A model generated the notes under the pieces. It made no database searches, was not told where the DNA came from, and saw only the letters and a program-made list of their open reading frames with translations. Positions 1-8,816 of a DNA stretch of 43,112 nt are shown piece by piece. The translations under genes were made by a program, and so were the position numbers. Source of the DNA: Pseudomonadota bacterium (lineage in GTDB: Bacteria > Pseudomonadota > Gammaproteobacteria > Xanthomonadales > Xanthomonadaceae); contig JAFADB010000130.1 in NCBI GenBank assembly GCA_023425225.1, positions 1 to 43,112 on the forward strand, in the 5' to 3' direction. How positions within the stretch are numbered: the stretch's first letter is position 1; each line of letters starts with the position of its first letter.

Positions 1-2
1 GG

Positions 3-515
<513 letters not shown>

Positions 516-625
516 GGCCGTGGCATGGATCCGCCCGCGCGTTCGATAGGCGGCGCTGGCGCGGCTGCACGACGACATCAACGACGGCGCGGTGATCCTG
601 CGCGCCCAGGACAAGGCTCCCGAAC

Positions 626-1807
626 ATGAAGAACATCCAGGTCATCGATGGCGCACGCGACTACCTTTACGACCTCTTCCAGATCGACGAGGACGACTTC
701 GCCCTGATCTTCTCGGACGGGCAGGACACGGCCTACATCGACCAGGTCATCGCCCGCGGCCCGGCCGACGTGCTCGATGCCGTGTTCGACCGCCTGTGGG
801 CGCGGCGCGTGCGCAAGACGGATGCCATGGAGATCCACGGCACCCTGATCTACCAGCTCGAATGCGAGCCCGATTCCGGGCCGGACGAACACCCGGCCCG
901 GCAGGGCGGGGGAGCGGCCGGTTCCGATCGCGCCGCGGCGGCGGGCATGGCCGCGAAACCGGAGAAGCCGGAGAAGCCGGAGAAGCTCGAAACGCATGTC
1001 TGCTTCGGTGGCCGGCAGGAAGTGTGGTCGCATCGTTCGGCCACGCTGGGGTGCCAGATGCGCCTGGCGGTCTATCTGCCGCCGCAGGTCCAGCAGGGGA
1101 AGTGCCCGGTGCTGTACTGGCTGTCGGGCCTGACCTGCACCGAACAGAACTTCGCCACCAAGGCCGGCGCGCAGCGCTATGCCGCCGAGCACGGGCTGAT
1201 CCTGGTGGCGCCGGACACCAGCCCGCGCGGCGACGGCGTGGCCAACGCTGAGGGCTACGACCTGGGCCAGGGCGCCGGCTTCTACGTCGATGCCACGCAG
1301 CAGCCCTGGGCCGCGCACTACCGCATGTACGACTACGTCGCCCACGAACTGCCGGCGCTGGTGGAGGCGAACTTCCCGGCCAGCGGGGCGCGCGCGATCA
1401 GCGGCCATTCGATGGGCGGGCACGGCGCGCTGGTCATCGCGCTGAGGAATCCGGGGCGCTACCGCAGCGTGTCCGCATTCGCGCCGATCGTCGCTCCGAG
1501 CCAGGTGCCGTGGGGCGAGAAGGCCTTCACCGCCTACCTGGGCGAGGACCGCCAGGCGTGGAAGCAGTACGACGCGACCGAGCTGGTGGCGTCGGCCTCC
1601 GAGCATCTGCCGCTGCTGATCGACCAGGGCGAGGCCGACGAGTTCCTCGAGAGCCAGCTCAGGCCGCAGTCGTTCGCCGCGGCCGCCGCGGTTGCGGGCT
1701 ATCCGCTCACGCTGCGGATGCAGCCCGGCTACGACCACAGCTACTACTTCATCGCCAGCTTCATCGGCGAGCATATCGCCCACCACGCCGCCGCACTGCG
1801 CGGCTGA
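626..1807 (+). CDS. fghA: S-formylglutathione hydrolase with an extra ~107-aa N-terminal region (alternative in-frame ATG at 947)
   Basis: Esterase D motifs [33 protein letters not shown], nucleophile elbow [15 protein letters not shown]; the start is ambiguous (626 or 947). Confidence 0.9.
   Translation: MKNIQVIDGARDYLYDLFQIDEDDFALIFSDGQDTAYIDQVIARGPADVLDAVFDRLWARRVRKTDAMEIHGTLIYQLECEPDSGPDEHPARQGGGAAGSDRAAAAGMAAKPEKPEKPEKLETHVCFGGRQEVWSHRSATLGCQMRLAVYLPPQVQQGKCPVLYWLSGLTCTEQNFATKAGAQRYAAEHGLILVAPDTSPRGDGVANAEGYDLGQGAGFYVDATQQPWAAHYRMYDYVAHELPALVEANFPASGARAISGHSMGGHGALVIALRNPGRYRSVSAFAPIVAPSQVPWGEKAFTAYLGEDRQAWKQYDATELVASASEHLPLLIDQGEADEFLESQLRPQSFAAAAAVAGYPLTLRMQPGYDHSYYFIASFIGEHIAHHAAALRG
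959..985 (+). repeat. Three perfect tandem copies of the 9-mer CCGGAGAAG (encoding PEK x3) at the junction to the FghA domain
   Basis: Read directly: ccggagaag ccggagaag ccggagaag. Confidence 0.95.
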
Positions 1808-2018
1808 GGCCCGCCACCTGCGACCGCACGGGATGCGATCGGCGGATCACGGCTGAGGAGCGGCATCGACGCGTCGGTGGAAGTCGAGAACCGGTTGGCC
1901 GGTCGTCCGCGAGTGGTCGTGGGCGATGCCGGTGCCGGGAGCGCCCGGCGGCGATGACGGATGCGCAGGTTCGGCTCCGTCCGCGGACGCGAGCGTCTTC
2001 CCGATGATCGGGACCGCC

Positions 2019-2049
2019 GGTGCCCGGCGCAATGCGGCGGCCGGGCACC
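2019..2049. terminator. GC-rich hairpin between convergent genes, possible terminator
   Basis: GGTGCCCGGC...GCCGGGCACC 10-bp inverted repeat just past the stop of the minus-strand gene; no clear U-tract. Confidence 0.4.
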
Positions 2050-2057
2050 CGTGGGGT

Positions 2058-2396
2058 TCAACGCACGTTGCGCAGTTCCCAGCCGCTGCCGGCCAGCAGT
2101 CCCATGCGGTGTTTGAGGATCTCGCCGGGGATCGAGGTGGTGGCGACCAGGTTGATGCGCAGGTCGTCCTGGGTGCCGGTGACCTTGGCCGCCGGATCGG
2201 TGACGCCCAGCGCCGGGTCGACCTCGTCCGGGTCCGGCTGGCTGTTGCGCCAGCGCTCGAACCATGACGGGTCGGCCAGTGCGTGCTGCAGCTGCTCGGC
2301 GAAGGCGGAAGCGCCATTGGCGGTGAAGCTCAATGCCGGGTCGCTGCCGCGGGCACGATTGGGGTCGGGAAGGCTGATGAAATAGCTGATGGCCAT
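2058..2396 (-). CDS. Hypothetical protein (~112 aa; alternative ATG at 2408)
   Basis: Strong GC3 codon bias and globular-looking sequence (MAISYFISLPDP...LAGSGWELRNVR); same strand as and downstream of DegV. Confidence 0.8.
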   Translation of the reverse strand: MAISYFISLPDPNRARGSDPALSFTANGASAFAEQLQHALADPSWFERWRNSQPDPDEVDPALGVTDPAAKVTGTQDDLRINLVATTSIPGEILKHRMGLLAGSGWELRNVR

Positions 2397-2472
2397 CGTG
2401 ATGCTCATGGGGAACCGCGGCAAAGCCTAGCAGCAGATGCGGTGTTCCGGGCGTGCAGGGCCGTGCGCAGGC

Positions 2473-3414
2473 TCAGGAGAACGTATGCGCCGCATCGGCG
2501 AAACCCAGCACCAGCGCGCCCTTGCCGACGTTGACCATGCCGGTCAGGCTCATCACGCTTTCGAACACTTCCACCCCGTTGGCATCGCATGCCAGCCGCA
2601 GTTCGGCGTAGCCGGGCAGGGTGCGAAGTTCCTCCAGCTCGCCGCCATAGCTCACGCACAGCGTCGGCGTCATCAGCCCGGCCGCCACGCGCTTGCCGAC
2701 GAATTCGAACAGCTTGGCCACCGCGTTGTCGAAGCCCTTGATCTTGGCCGCCGGCGCGGTCTCGCCGCGGTAGCCGTGCAGGATCGGCTTGATGTCCAGC
2801 GCCGAGCCCAGCGCCGCGCTGAGCAGGCCGACGCTGCGCTCGCCCTTGGCGCGCGCGCGCGCCCGGATGTAGTACAGGTCGCGGGTGACCATGTAGCCGT
2901 GCACGTTGTCGGCCAGCTGCTCCAGCCGCTCGCGGATGGCCTGCACGCTGGCGCCGGCCTCGCGCATGCGCACCGCCTCCACCGCCGATACCGCCTGGGC
3001 GGCGAACAGGTTGCGGGTGTCGATCACCCGCAGCGCGAACGGGGTGTTGAAGCCGGCCGCCTGGCGGATCGGCTTGTAGTCGTTGAGGATGGCGAAGCTG
3101 GCCTGGGTGGCGTTGTCGAAGATCGGGCTGCGGGTGCGGGTGATGGTCAGGCAGAACACGTGGTCGTAGTCGATCACCAGCCGCTGCAGGAACAGGTCGC
3201 GGATCTGCTGGGCGGTGAACGGGATGGTCTCGGCCTCGGCGCCGTTCTCGGCCACGTGCGCGTGCAGGAAGCCCAGCGTGGCCTGTTCGTCGCGATGGTC
3301 GGCCAGCACGGTCTCGCCGATGCGCACGCTGATCGGCAAAAGTACGATGTTGTGACGCTCGATGAAGTCCTGCGGAAGATCGCAGGCGGAATCCACCAGA
3401 ATCCCGATACGCAT
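2473..3414 (-). CDS. DegV family (fatty-acid-binding) protein
   Basis: N-terminal IGILVDSACDLP, VIDTRN, LGSALDIKPIL and C-terminal NVGKGAL fit the DegV/FakB family. Confidence 0.9.
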   Translation of the reverse strand: MRIGILVDSACDLPQDFIERHNIVLLPISVRIGETVLADHRDEQATLGFLHAHVAENGAEAETIPFTAQQIRDLFLQRLVIDYDHVFCLTITRTRSPIFDNATQASFAILNDYKPIRQAAGFNTPFALRVIDTRNLFAAQAVSAVEAVRMREAGASVQAIRERLEQLADNVHGYMVTRDLYYIRARARAKGERSVGLLSAALGSALDIKPILHGYRGETAPAAKIKGFDNAVAKLFEFVGKRVAAGLMTPTLCVSYGGELEELRTLPGYAELRLACDANGVEVFESVMSLTGMVNVGKGALVLGFADAAHTFS

Positions 3415-3497
3415 CGTTGCCCCCTCCGGCGTGGTGCGGTATGACCTCGAACCCTAACCCAAAAACGTGACGGCAGTGAAGATTCGCTGGCGCCGTC

Positions 3498-4127
3498 TCA
3501 GGCGTCGCGCCGCACGCCTTCGGGCAGTGTCGCCAGCCGTGCCATTTCCCCGGTCCGCAGCAGCGCCGGATCGGCCAGCACCGCCTGCATCAGCGTGTGC
3601 ATGTCGTTGCCCCAGAACAGCGCGTCGTCGATGGCCAGCGTCGGTACTCCGAATACACCCGCGGCCAGTGCCGCTTCGGTGTTGGCACGCAGCTGCGCCT
3701 TGACCGGCGCGGCGGCGATGGCGGCGTCGATGTCGTCGATGCCCAGTGCCGAGGCGACCGTCTGCAGCTCGGCCGCGGCGCTGCCGGCACGGCCATCGCG
3801 CCAGAGGTGGTCGAAGATGGCCGTGATCGCCCCTGGTGTCGTGCCGGCGGCGATGCACAGCCGCAGGGCCGCCAGCGGATTGAACGGATGCGCCGGCGGG
3901 AAGCGCAGCGCGACGCCCTCGCAGCGGGCCTGCCACAGCACCTGGCGGTAGGTGAACAGCCGCTTGTGCGGGATCTCGGCCGGACCGCGGATGCCGCGTT
4001 CCTGCAGCACCGCGCCGAACACGATGGGCACTGGTTCGATCTGCGCGAATTGCGGCATCGCCTGCAGCTTGTGCCAGTGCAGGTAGGAGAAAGGCGAGAC
4101 GAAGTCGAAATACCAGCGCAATTGCAT
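3498..4127 (-). CDS. 2-hydroxychromene-2-carboxylate isomerase / GST-kappa (DsbA-like) protein
   Basis: YFDFVSPFSY, GVFGVPT and LFWGND motifs. Confidence 0.88.
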   Translation of the reverse strand: MQLRWYFDFVSPFSYLHWHKLQAMPQFAQIEPVPIVFGAVLQERGIRGPAEIPHKRLFTYRQVLWQARCEGVALRFPPAHPFNPLAALRLCIAAGTTPGAITAIFDHLWRDGRAGSAAAELQTVASALGIDDIDAAIAAAPVKAQLRANTEAALAAGVFGVPTLAIDDALFWGNDMHTLMQAVLADPALLRTGEMARLATLPEGVRRDA

Positions 4128-4322
4128 GGCGGTGGCCGCAACGGGGGAGAACTCAGCTTAGGTGCCGGCGGCAGGGTCGGCATGCTGCGGTGCCGCGAAC
4201 TGCCTCCCCAAGCCGTGCCGATACCATGCCGCTTGATGCGTCGCCGCGGGCATGCAGGGCGATGCTCGCGCATGCTTGCCCGCGATGCCGCATCCTGTGC
4301 CGACACCGAGACGGAAACGAAG

Positions 4323-4862
4323 ATGAAACCTGCCGAGGAAATCCTGGAGTTCTGGCGCGCGGCCGGTCCGCAGCGCTGGTTCTCACGCAACGAATCGTTC
4401 GATGCCAACCTGCGCCAGCATTTCCTCGAGGCGCACCACGCCGCGGCACGCCGCGAATACGAGGGCTGGATGGAGGACGCCGAGGGTGCGTTGGCGCTGC
4501 TGATCCTGCTCGACCAGTTCCCGCGCAACTGCTTCCGCGACAACGCCCACGCCTATGCCACCGACGGCCTGGCGCGTCGCTATGCGCGGCGCGCGATCGC
4601 CGTCGGGTTCGATGCGCAGGTGGAGCCGGCGCTGCGGGTGTTCTTCTACCTGCCGTTCGAGCATTCCGAGGACCCGGCCGACCAGGCGCTGTCGGTGGAA
4701 CTGCATCGCCGCCTGCCCGATCCCAAGGCCGACGAATGGGCGCTGCTGCACCAGGACATCATCGCCCGCTTCGGACGCTTCCCGCATCGCAATGCCGCGC
4801 TCGGACGCGACACCACGGCCGAGGAGCAGCGTTTCCTCGACGAGGGGGGCTTCGCCGGCTGA
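4323..4862 (+). CDS. DUF924 family protein
   Basis: EILEFW, LALLILLDQFPRN, FFYLPFEHSE, RFGRFPHRNAALGR motifs. Confidence 0.9.
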   Translation: MKPAEEILEFWRAAGPQRWFSRNESFDANLRQHFLEAHHAAARREYEGWMEDAEGALALLILLDQFPRNCFRDNAHAYATDGLARRYARRAIAVGFDAQVEPALRVFFYLPFEHSEDPADQALSVELHRRLPDPKADEWALLHQDIIARFGRFPHRNAALGRDTTAEEQRFLDEGGFAG

Positions 4863-4906
4863 ACGACCGCCCGCATCGGGCGCCCATCACCACACCAGGA
4901 GAATGC

Positions 4907-5323
4907 ATGGCCACGCGTACCTACCATGGCAGCTGTCATTGCGGCGACGTCCGCTACGAGGTGCAGCTCGATCTCGAGCACGCCACCGGCGGCAAGTGCA
5001 ACTGTTCGATCTGCCGCAAGACCCGCAACTGGAGCACCATCGTCAAGCCCGATGCCTTCCGTCTGCTCGGCGATCCGGGCGCGACCAGCGACTACCAGTT
5101 CGGCACCGGCTCGATGCATTGGCCGTTCTGCCGTCGTTGCGGCGTGCGCAGCTACGCGCATGGCGACGTCGCGGAAGTGGGCGGGGCGTTCTACAGCGTG
5201 CAGCTGGCCTGCCTGGACGACGTCGACGACCAGGTACTGGCCGACCTGCCGGTGCATTACAGCAACGGCCGCGACAACGACTGGATGCACGAACCACCGG
5301 CGGTGCAGAAGCGCTTCCTGTAG
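4907..5323 (+). CDS. GFA/CENP-V family Zn-binding protein
   Basis: GSCHCG, CNCSIC and FCRRCG Cys pattern; AGGAG ribosome-binding site at 4897-4901. Confidence 0.9.
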   Translation: MATRTYHGSCHCGDVRYEVQLDLEHATGGKCNCSICRKTRNWSTIVKPDAFRLLGDPGATSDYQFGTGSMHWPFCRRCGVRSYAHGDVAEVGGAFYSVQLACLDDVDDQVLADLPVHYSNGRDNDWMHEPPAVQKRFL

Positions 5324-5343
5324 CCGACCCCCCGGCAAGCGAA

Positions 5344-5362
5344 ACGCCGTACATGGCGGCGT
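5344..5362 (-). terminator. Possible intrinsic terminator downstream of grxD
   Basis: On the minus strand ACGCCGC-catgt-ACGGCGT is followed by TTCGCTT; sits between convergent genes. Confidence 0.35.
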
Positions 5363-5389
5363 CTGGCGGGAAAGCGTGGCGGCGTCTGC

Positions 5390-6316
5390 TCAGTACCTGG
5401 GCACGCCGCCGTCCACCTCGTCGGACCAGGCGTCGATGCCGCCGGTGACGTTGTAGACCTCGCTGAAGCCCAGGCCGCGGAAGTGCTCGGCGGCCTGCAG
5501 GCTGCGGCCGCCGCGGTGGCACAGGAACGCCAGCGCGGTGTCCTTGGGCAGCGCCTCCAGCTGCGCGCGGCCCTCGCCATCGAGCGTGTCGAACGGCACG
5601 GCCACCGCCGCCTGCGCGCGCTCGTCGGCCGAGCGTACGTCCACCAGCCGCAGCTTGCCGGCCTTGACCAGGTCGTCGGCATCGCGCGGCGACAGTTCCT
5701 GCACCGGCCGCGGCGCATTGGGATTGTCGATGGCCAGGCCGCGGCCGCGGATGTCGTCCACCCAGTCGATGGTGATGCCGTCGGCGCGGCGCGCGCTGGC
5801 CAGGTCGAACTGAACGCGCAGGCCGTTGGACTCGGCGGCGATGGCGGACGGATCGGTCGGCGCCAGCTGGAAGTTGGGCTGGAACTGCGCATCGATCGAC
5901 AGCGCCAGCGAGGCGCCGGGGGCATCGGCGAGCGCGCCCTTGAGCATCTCCACCGCGGCCGGGGTGATGGTGATCGCCGGCGGGGTGCGGTCCGGCTTGG
6001 GCAGGCCCAGCAGCTCGCTCAGCTCGCCGCTGTCGGCCATCTGCACGATGATGTCGCTGCCGCCGACCAGCTCGCCGTCGACGTACAGCTGCGGGATCGT
6101 CGGCCAGTCGCCGTAGGCCTTGATGCCCTCGCGGATCTCCGGATCGGCCAGCACGTTGACGTGGGCGTAGTCCACGCCCAGTCCGTCCAGCACGCCGACC
6201 GCCTTGGCCGAGAAGCCGCATTGCGGCATGCCGGGCTGGCCTTTCATGAACAGCACCACGCGGTTGGAGTGCAGCAGCGATTCGATGCGCGAGCGCAGGG
6301 CGGGATCGAGGGACAT
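5390..6316 (-). CDS. grxD: Grx4 monothiol glutaredoxin fused to a HesB/IscA-like domain and a rhodanese domain
   Basis: VLFMKG...PQCGFS, WPTIPQLYVDGELVGGSDI; middle ITITPAAV...GITIDW...IDNPNA (HesB-like); C-terminal LVDVR...LCHRGGRS...NVTGGIDAWS (rhodanese). Confidence 0.92.
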   Translation of the reverse strand: MSLDPALRSRIESLLHSNRVVLFMKGQPGMPQCGFSAKAVGVLDGLGVDYAHVNVLADPEIREGIKAYGDWPTIPQLYVDGELVGGSDIIVQMADSGELSELLGLPKPDRTPPAITITPAAVEMLKGALADAPGASLALSIDAQFQPNFQLAPTDPSAIAAESNGLRVQFDLASARRADGITIDWVDDIRGRGLAIDNPNAPRPVQELSPRDADDLVKAGKLRLVDVRSADERAQAAVAVPFDTLDGEGRAQLEALPKDTALAFLCHRGGRSLQAAEHFRGLGFSEVYNVTGGIDAWSDEVDGGVPRY

Positions 6317-6373
6317 GGGCAGGACCGGAATTCAATCGGGCCGGCCATTCTACGCGGCATGGCATCATGGGGC

Positions 6374-7150
6374 ATGAGCGCACCGGAAACGCTGCATCGC
6401 ATCCCGTCCCGACCGTACCGTTGGTGGGGCTGGCTGCTGGCCTCGCAGCTGCTGGTGCTGGCAGTGTGGTGGATCGCGGGCTGGCGCTGGGGCCTGCCGG
6501 CGCTGCTGGCCTCGCATGCCGCCTTCGTGGTGCCGGTGTTCCTGCCGCGCGCGCGCCTGTACGCGCCGGTGCTGGCGCGGCTGCCGGGCGCCGCGCCGCG
6601 GGTCTGGCTGACCATCGACGATGGCCCGTCCGACGACACCCCGGCGCTGCTCGAGCTGCTCGATGCGCATGACGCCAAGGCCACCTTCTTCCTGGTCGGC
6701 GAGCGCGCCGCCCGCCGGCCGGAGCTGGTGCGCGAGATCCTGCGCCGCGGCCACGGCATCGGCAACCACAGCCACAGCCATCCACAGGCCTGGTTCTGGG
6801 CGCTGGGACCGCGACGCATGAGCGCGGAGATCGGGCAGGCGCAGCGCGTGCTGGCCGGGATCGCCGGCGCGCCGCCGCGCTGGTACCGCTCGGTGGTCGG
6901 CATGACCAACCCGTTCGTCGCCGCGCCGCTGCGCGCCCACGGCCTGACCCGGGTGGCGTGGAGCGCGCGCGGTTTCGACGGCGTGGACTGCGAGGTGGAC
7001 GCGACGGTGGCGCGGATCGTGCGCGACCTGCATCCGGGCGCGATCGTGCTGCTGCACGAGGGCGCCGCGCATGGCCACAATCCGGCCATCCTGCGCGGCG
7101 TGCTGCAGGCGCTGCGCGAGCGCGGACTGGAAACGATGATCCCGCAATAG
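6374..7150 (+). CDS. Polysaccharide deacetylase (NodB/CE4) with N-terminal membrane segments
   Basis: LTIDDGP, ATFFLVG, GNHSHSH and IVLLHE motifs; hydrophobic N-terminus. Confidence 0.88.
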   Translation: MSAPETLHRIPSRPYRWWGWLLASQLLVLAVWWIAGWRWGLPALLASHAAFVVPVFLPRARLYAPVLARLPGAAPRVWLTIDDGPSDDTPALLELLDAHDAKATFFLVGERAARRPELVREILRRGHGIGNHSHSHPQAWFWALGPRRMSAEIGQAQRVLAGIAGAPPRWYRSVVGMTNPFVAAPLRAHGLTRVAWSARGFDGVDCEVDATVARIVRDLHPGAIVLLHEGAAHGHNPAILRGVLQALRERGLETMIPQ

Positions 7151-7152
7151 CC

Positions 7153-7470
7153 ATGGTGCGCCGCCTCGCCCTGGCGTTCGTGTCGGTGGGCCTGCTGGCC
7201 GGCCCCGCCTTCGCGCATCCCGGCGGGCTCGATGCCCAAGGATGCCACCACAACCGCAAGACCGGGGATTACCACTGCCATCGCGGCCCGGCGCCAATGC
7301 CGGCCGCGATGCCGAAGACGACCGCGTTGCCGGCCGGCGGCGTGTTCCGCAACTGCAGCGAAGCGCGTGCTGCCGGCGCCGCGCCGGTGCGGCGCGGCGA
7401 GCCGGGCTATGGCCCGCACCTGGACCGCGACGGCGACGGCATCGGCTGCGAGCCGTCGCGCGGCCGCTGA
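7153..7470 (+). CDS. Secreted protein with a YHYH-like His/Cys motif and an Excalibur Ca-binding domain
   Basis: Signal peptide ending AFA; HPGGLDAQGCHHNRKTGDYHCH; NCSEARAAG...LDRDGDGIGCE; starts 2 nt after the deacetylase stop. Confidence 0.85.
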   Translation: MVRRLALAFVSVGLLAGPAFAHPGGLDAQGCHHNRKTGDYHCHRGPAPMPAAMPKTTALPAGGVFRNCSEARAAGAAPVRRGEPGYGPHLDRDGDGIGCEPSRGR

Positions 7471-7471
7471 C

Positions 7472-8140
7472 CTAGCGCTCGGCCACCACCAGCCAGTTGT
7501 TGAACGGGGTGTTGCCGTACAGCGGCGAGAAGCGGGCCTGGAGCCCGGCGGCGGCGAGGTGGCGCTGCAGGCTCTCGCGGGTGGGGAAGCTCTTGGGCAC
7601 TTCCTGCATCCAGCCGGAGAAATGCGCCAGGAAGTCGCTGACCCGGCTGGTGCGGCCGCGCCGGCTGTCGTCGCCCAGGCCGCTGCGGATCACCAGCTTC
7701 GCGCCGGGGGTGAGCATGGCCGCGGCTTGGCGGATCAGGCCGGCCTGGACGTCGTCGCGCAGGTACTGCAGCACATCGAGGATGGCGACGCTGCCGCTGT
7801 GCTCGGGCCAGGCCACGCCCAGGTCCACCACTTCGAAGCGGGTGCCGTGCAGTTGCGAGCGCCGTGCGATGGCGGTCGCGCGGCGGATCTTGGCCGCATC
7901 GATGTCCACGCCGTGGTAGTCCAGCGCCTGGCCGTCGGCGCGCAGCGCGTGCGCCAGCAGGCCCAGGCCGCAGCCCAGGTCGAGCAGCGGCGCGTCGGTG
8001 CCGCGCAGCGCCGCCAGCACGCCCGGATAGAGCGGGTCGGTGCGCAGTTTGGTGCGCGTGTAGTAGTAGTCGTAGCGGTTGCCCAGCGGGTGTGCCGGCA
8101 GGAACGCGCGGGCGATGGCCAGCGCCTCGGGACGGCTCAT
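7472..8140 (-). CDS. Class I SAM-dependent methyltransferase
   Basis: LLDLGCGLG motif I, GVDID, LDVLQYL, LTPGAKLVIR; possible alternative TTG start at 8161. Confidence 0.87.
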   Translation of the reverse strand: MSRPEALAIARAFLPAHPLGNRYDYYYTRTKLRTDPLYPGVLAALRGTDAPLLDLGCGLGLLAHALRADGQALDYHGVDIDAAKIRRATAIARRSQLHGTRFEVVDLGVAWPEHSGSVAILDVLQYLRDDVQAGLIRQAAAMLTPGAKLVIRSGLGDDSRRGRTSRVSDFLAHFSGWMQEVPKSFPTRESLQRHLAAAGLQARFSPLYGNTPFNNWLVVAER

Positions 8141-8192
8141 GGGGCGGGTGGCGTCGCGCAATGTCGGTCCTTGGCGGCGGGGCGGCGGAGGT

Positions 8193-8816
8193 TCAGGCTA
8201 GCGCATCGCGCGCGGCTGGCAAGGCCTGCGCCGTCCACAGCGCGTGCATCACGGCCGAGGGATGCAGCCCGTCGGCCGCGAGCATGGCCGCCTCGCCGCC
8301 GCGGGCGCGGCTGGCCGGGGCGATGTCGACGAAAGTGACGCCGCGCGCGGCGCAGATGTCGGCCGCGGCGCGGTTGAACGCGTCCAGCTCGGCGGCGATG
8401 CGCGCGCGATCGCGCCCCTGCGCGGCGGCGAACGGGGTCACCCCCCAGTCCGGGATCGCCAGCACCAGCACCTGCGACGGGCGGGCGCCGGCGAAGGCGA
8501 TGGCGCGCTCCAGCAAGGCCGAGAACCGCGGCCGATAGTCGTCCAGCGGCCGCCCGCGATACTGGTCGTTGACCCCGACCAGCAGGCTGACCAGGTCGAA
8601 CCGGCCCTGCGGCGCGGCGGCGTCGATGCCGGCGTCGAGTTCGTCGGTGGTCCAGCCGGTGGTGGCGACGATCTGCGGCTCGGCCAGCGGAACACCGTCC
8701 GCGCGCAGCGCCGCGGCCAGCTGCCGCGGCCAGCACCGCGATGGCTCGACGCCCTCGCCGACGGTGTAGGAATCGCCCAGCGCCAGATAGCGCAGCACGC
8801 CGGCGCCGGTGCTCAG
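8193..8816 (-). CDS. SGNH/GDSL hydrolase (start is either CTG at 8816 or GTG at 8798)
   Basis: Block I LALGDSYT, TTGWTT, block III GVNDQY, block V DGLHPS. Confidence 0.88.
   Translation of the reverse strand: MSTGAGVLRYLALGDSYTVGEGVEPSRCWPRQLAAALRADGVPLAEPQIVATTGWTTDELDAGIDAAAPQGRFDLVSLLVGVNDQYRGRPLDDYRPRFSALLERAIAFAGARPSQVLVLAIPDWGVTPFAAAQGRDRARIAAELDAFNRAAADICAARGVTFVDIAPASRARGGEAAMLAADGLHPSAVMHALWTAQALPAARDALA

Noticed and set aside
1808..2018. Unassigned ~200 bp after fghA, considered as an sRNA or pseudogene
   Set aside because: No convincing start codon, protein motif or recognisable RNA structure.
4128..4322. Divergent intergenic region with imperfect inverted repeats, considered as a riboswitch
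   Set aside because: Pairing is no better than expected at this GC content and I recognise no riboswitch consensus.
5354..5388. Direct repeat TGGCGGCGTCTG, two copies
   Set aside because: Only two 12-mers in GC-rich DNA beside a terminator-like hairpin; not an array and no element lies between them.
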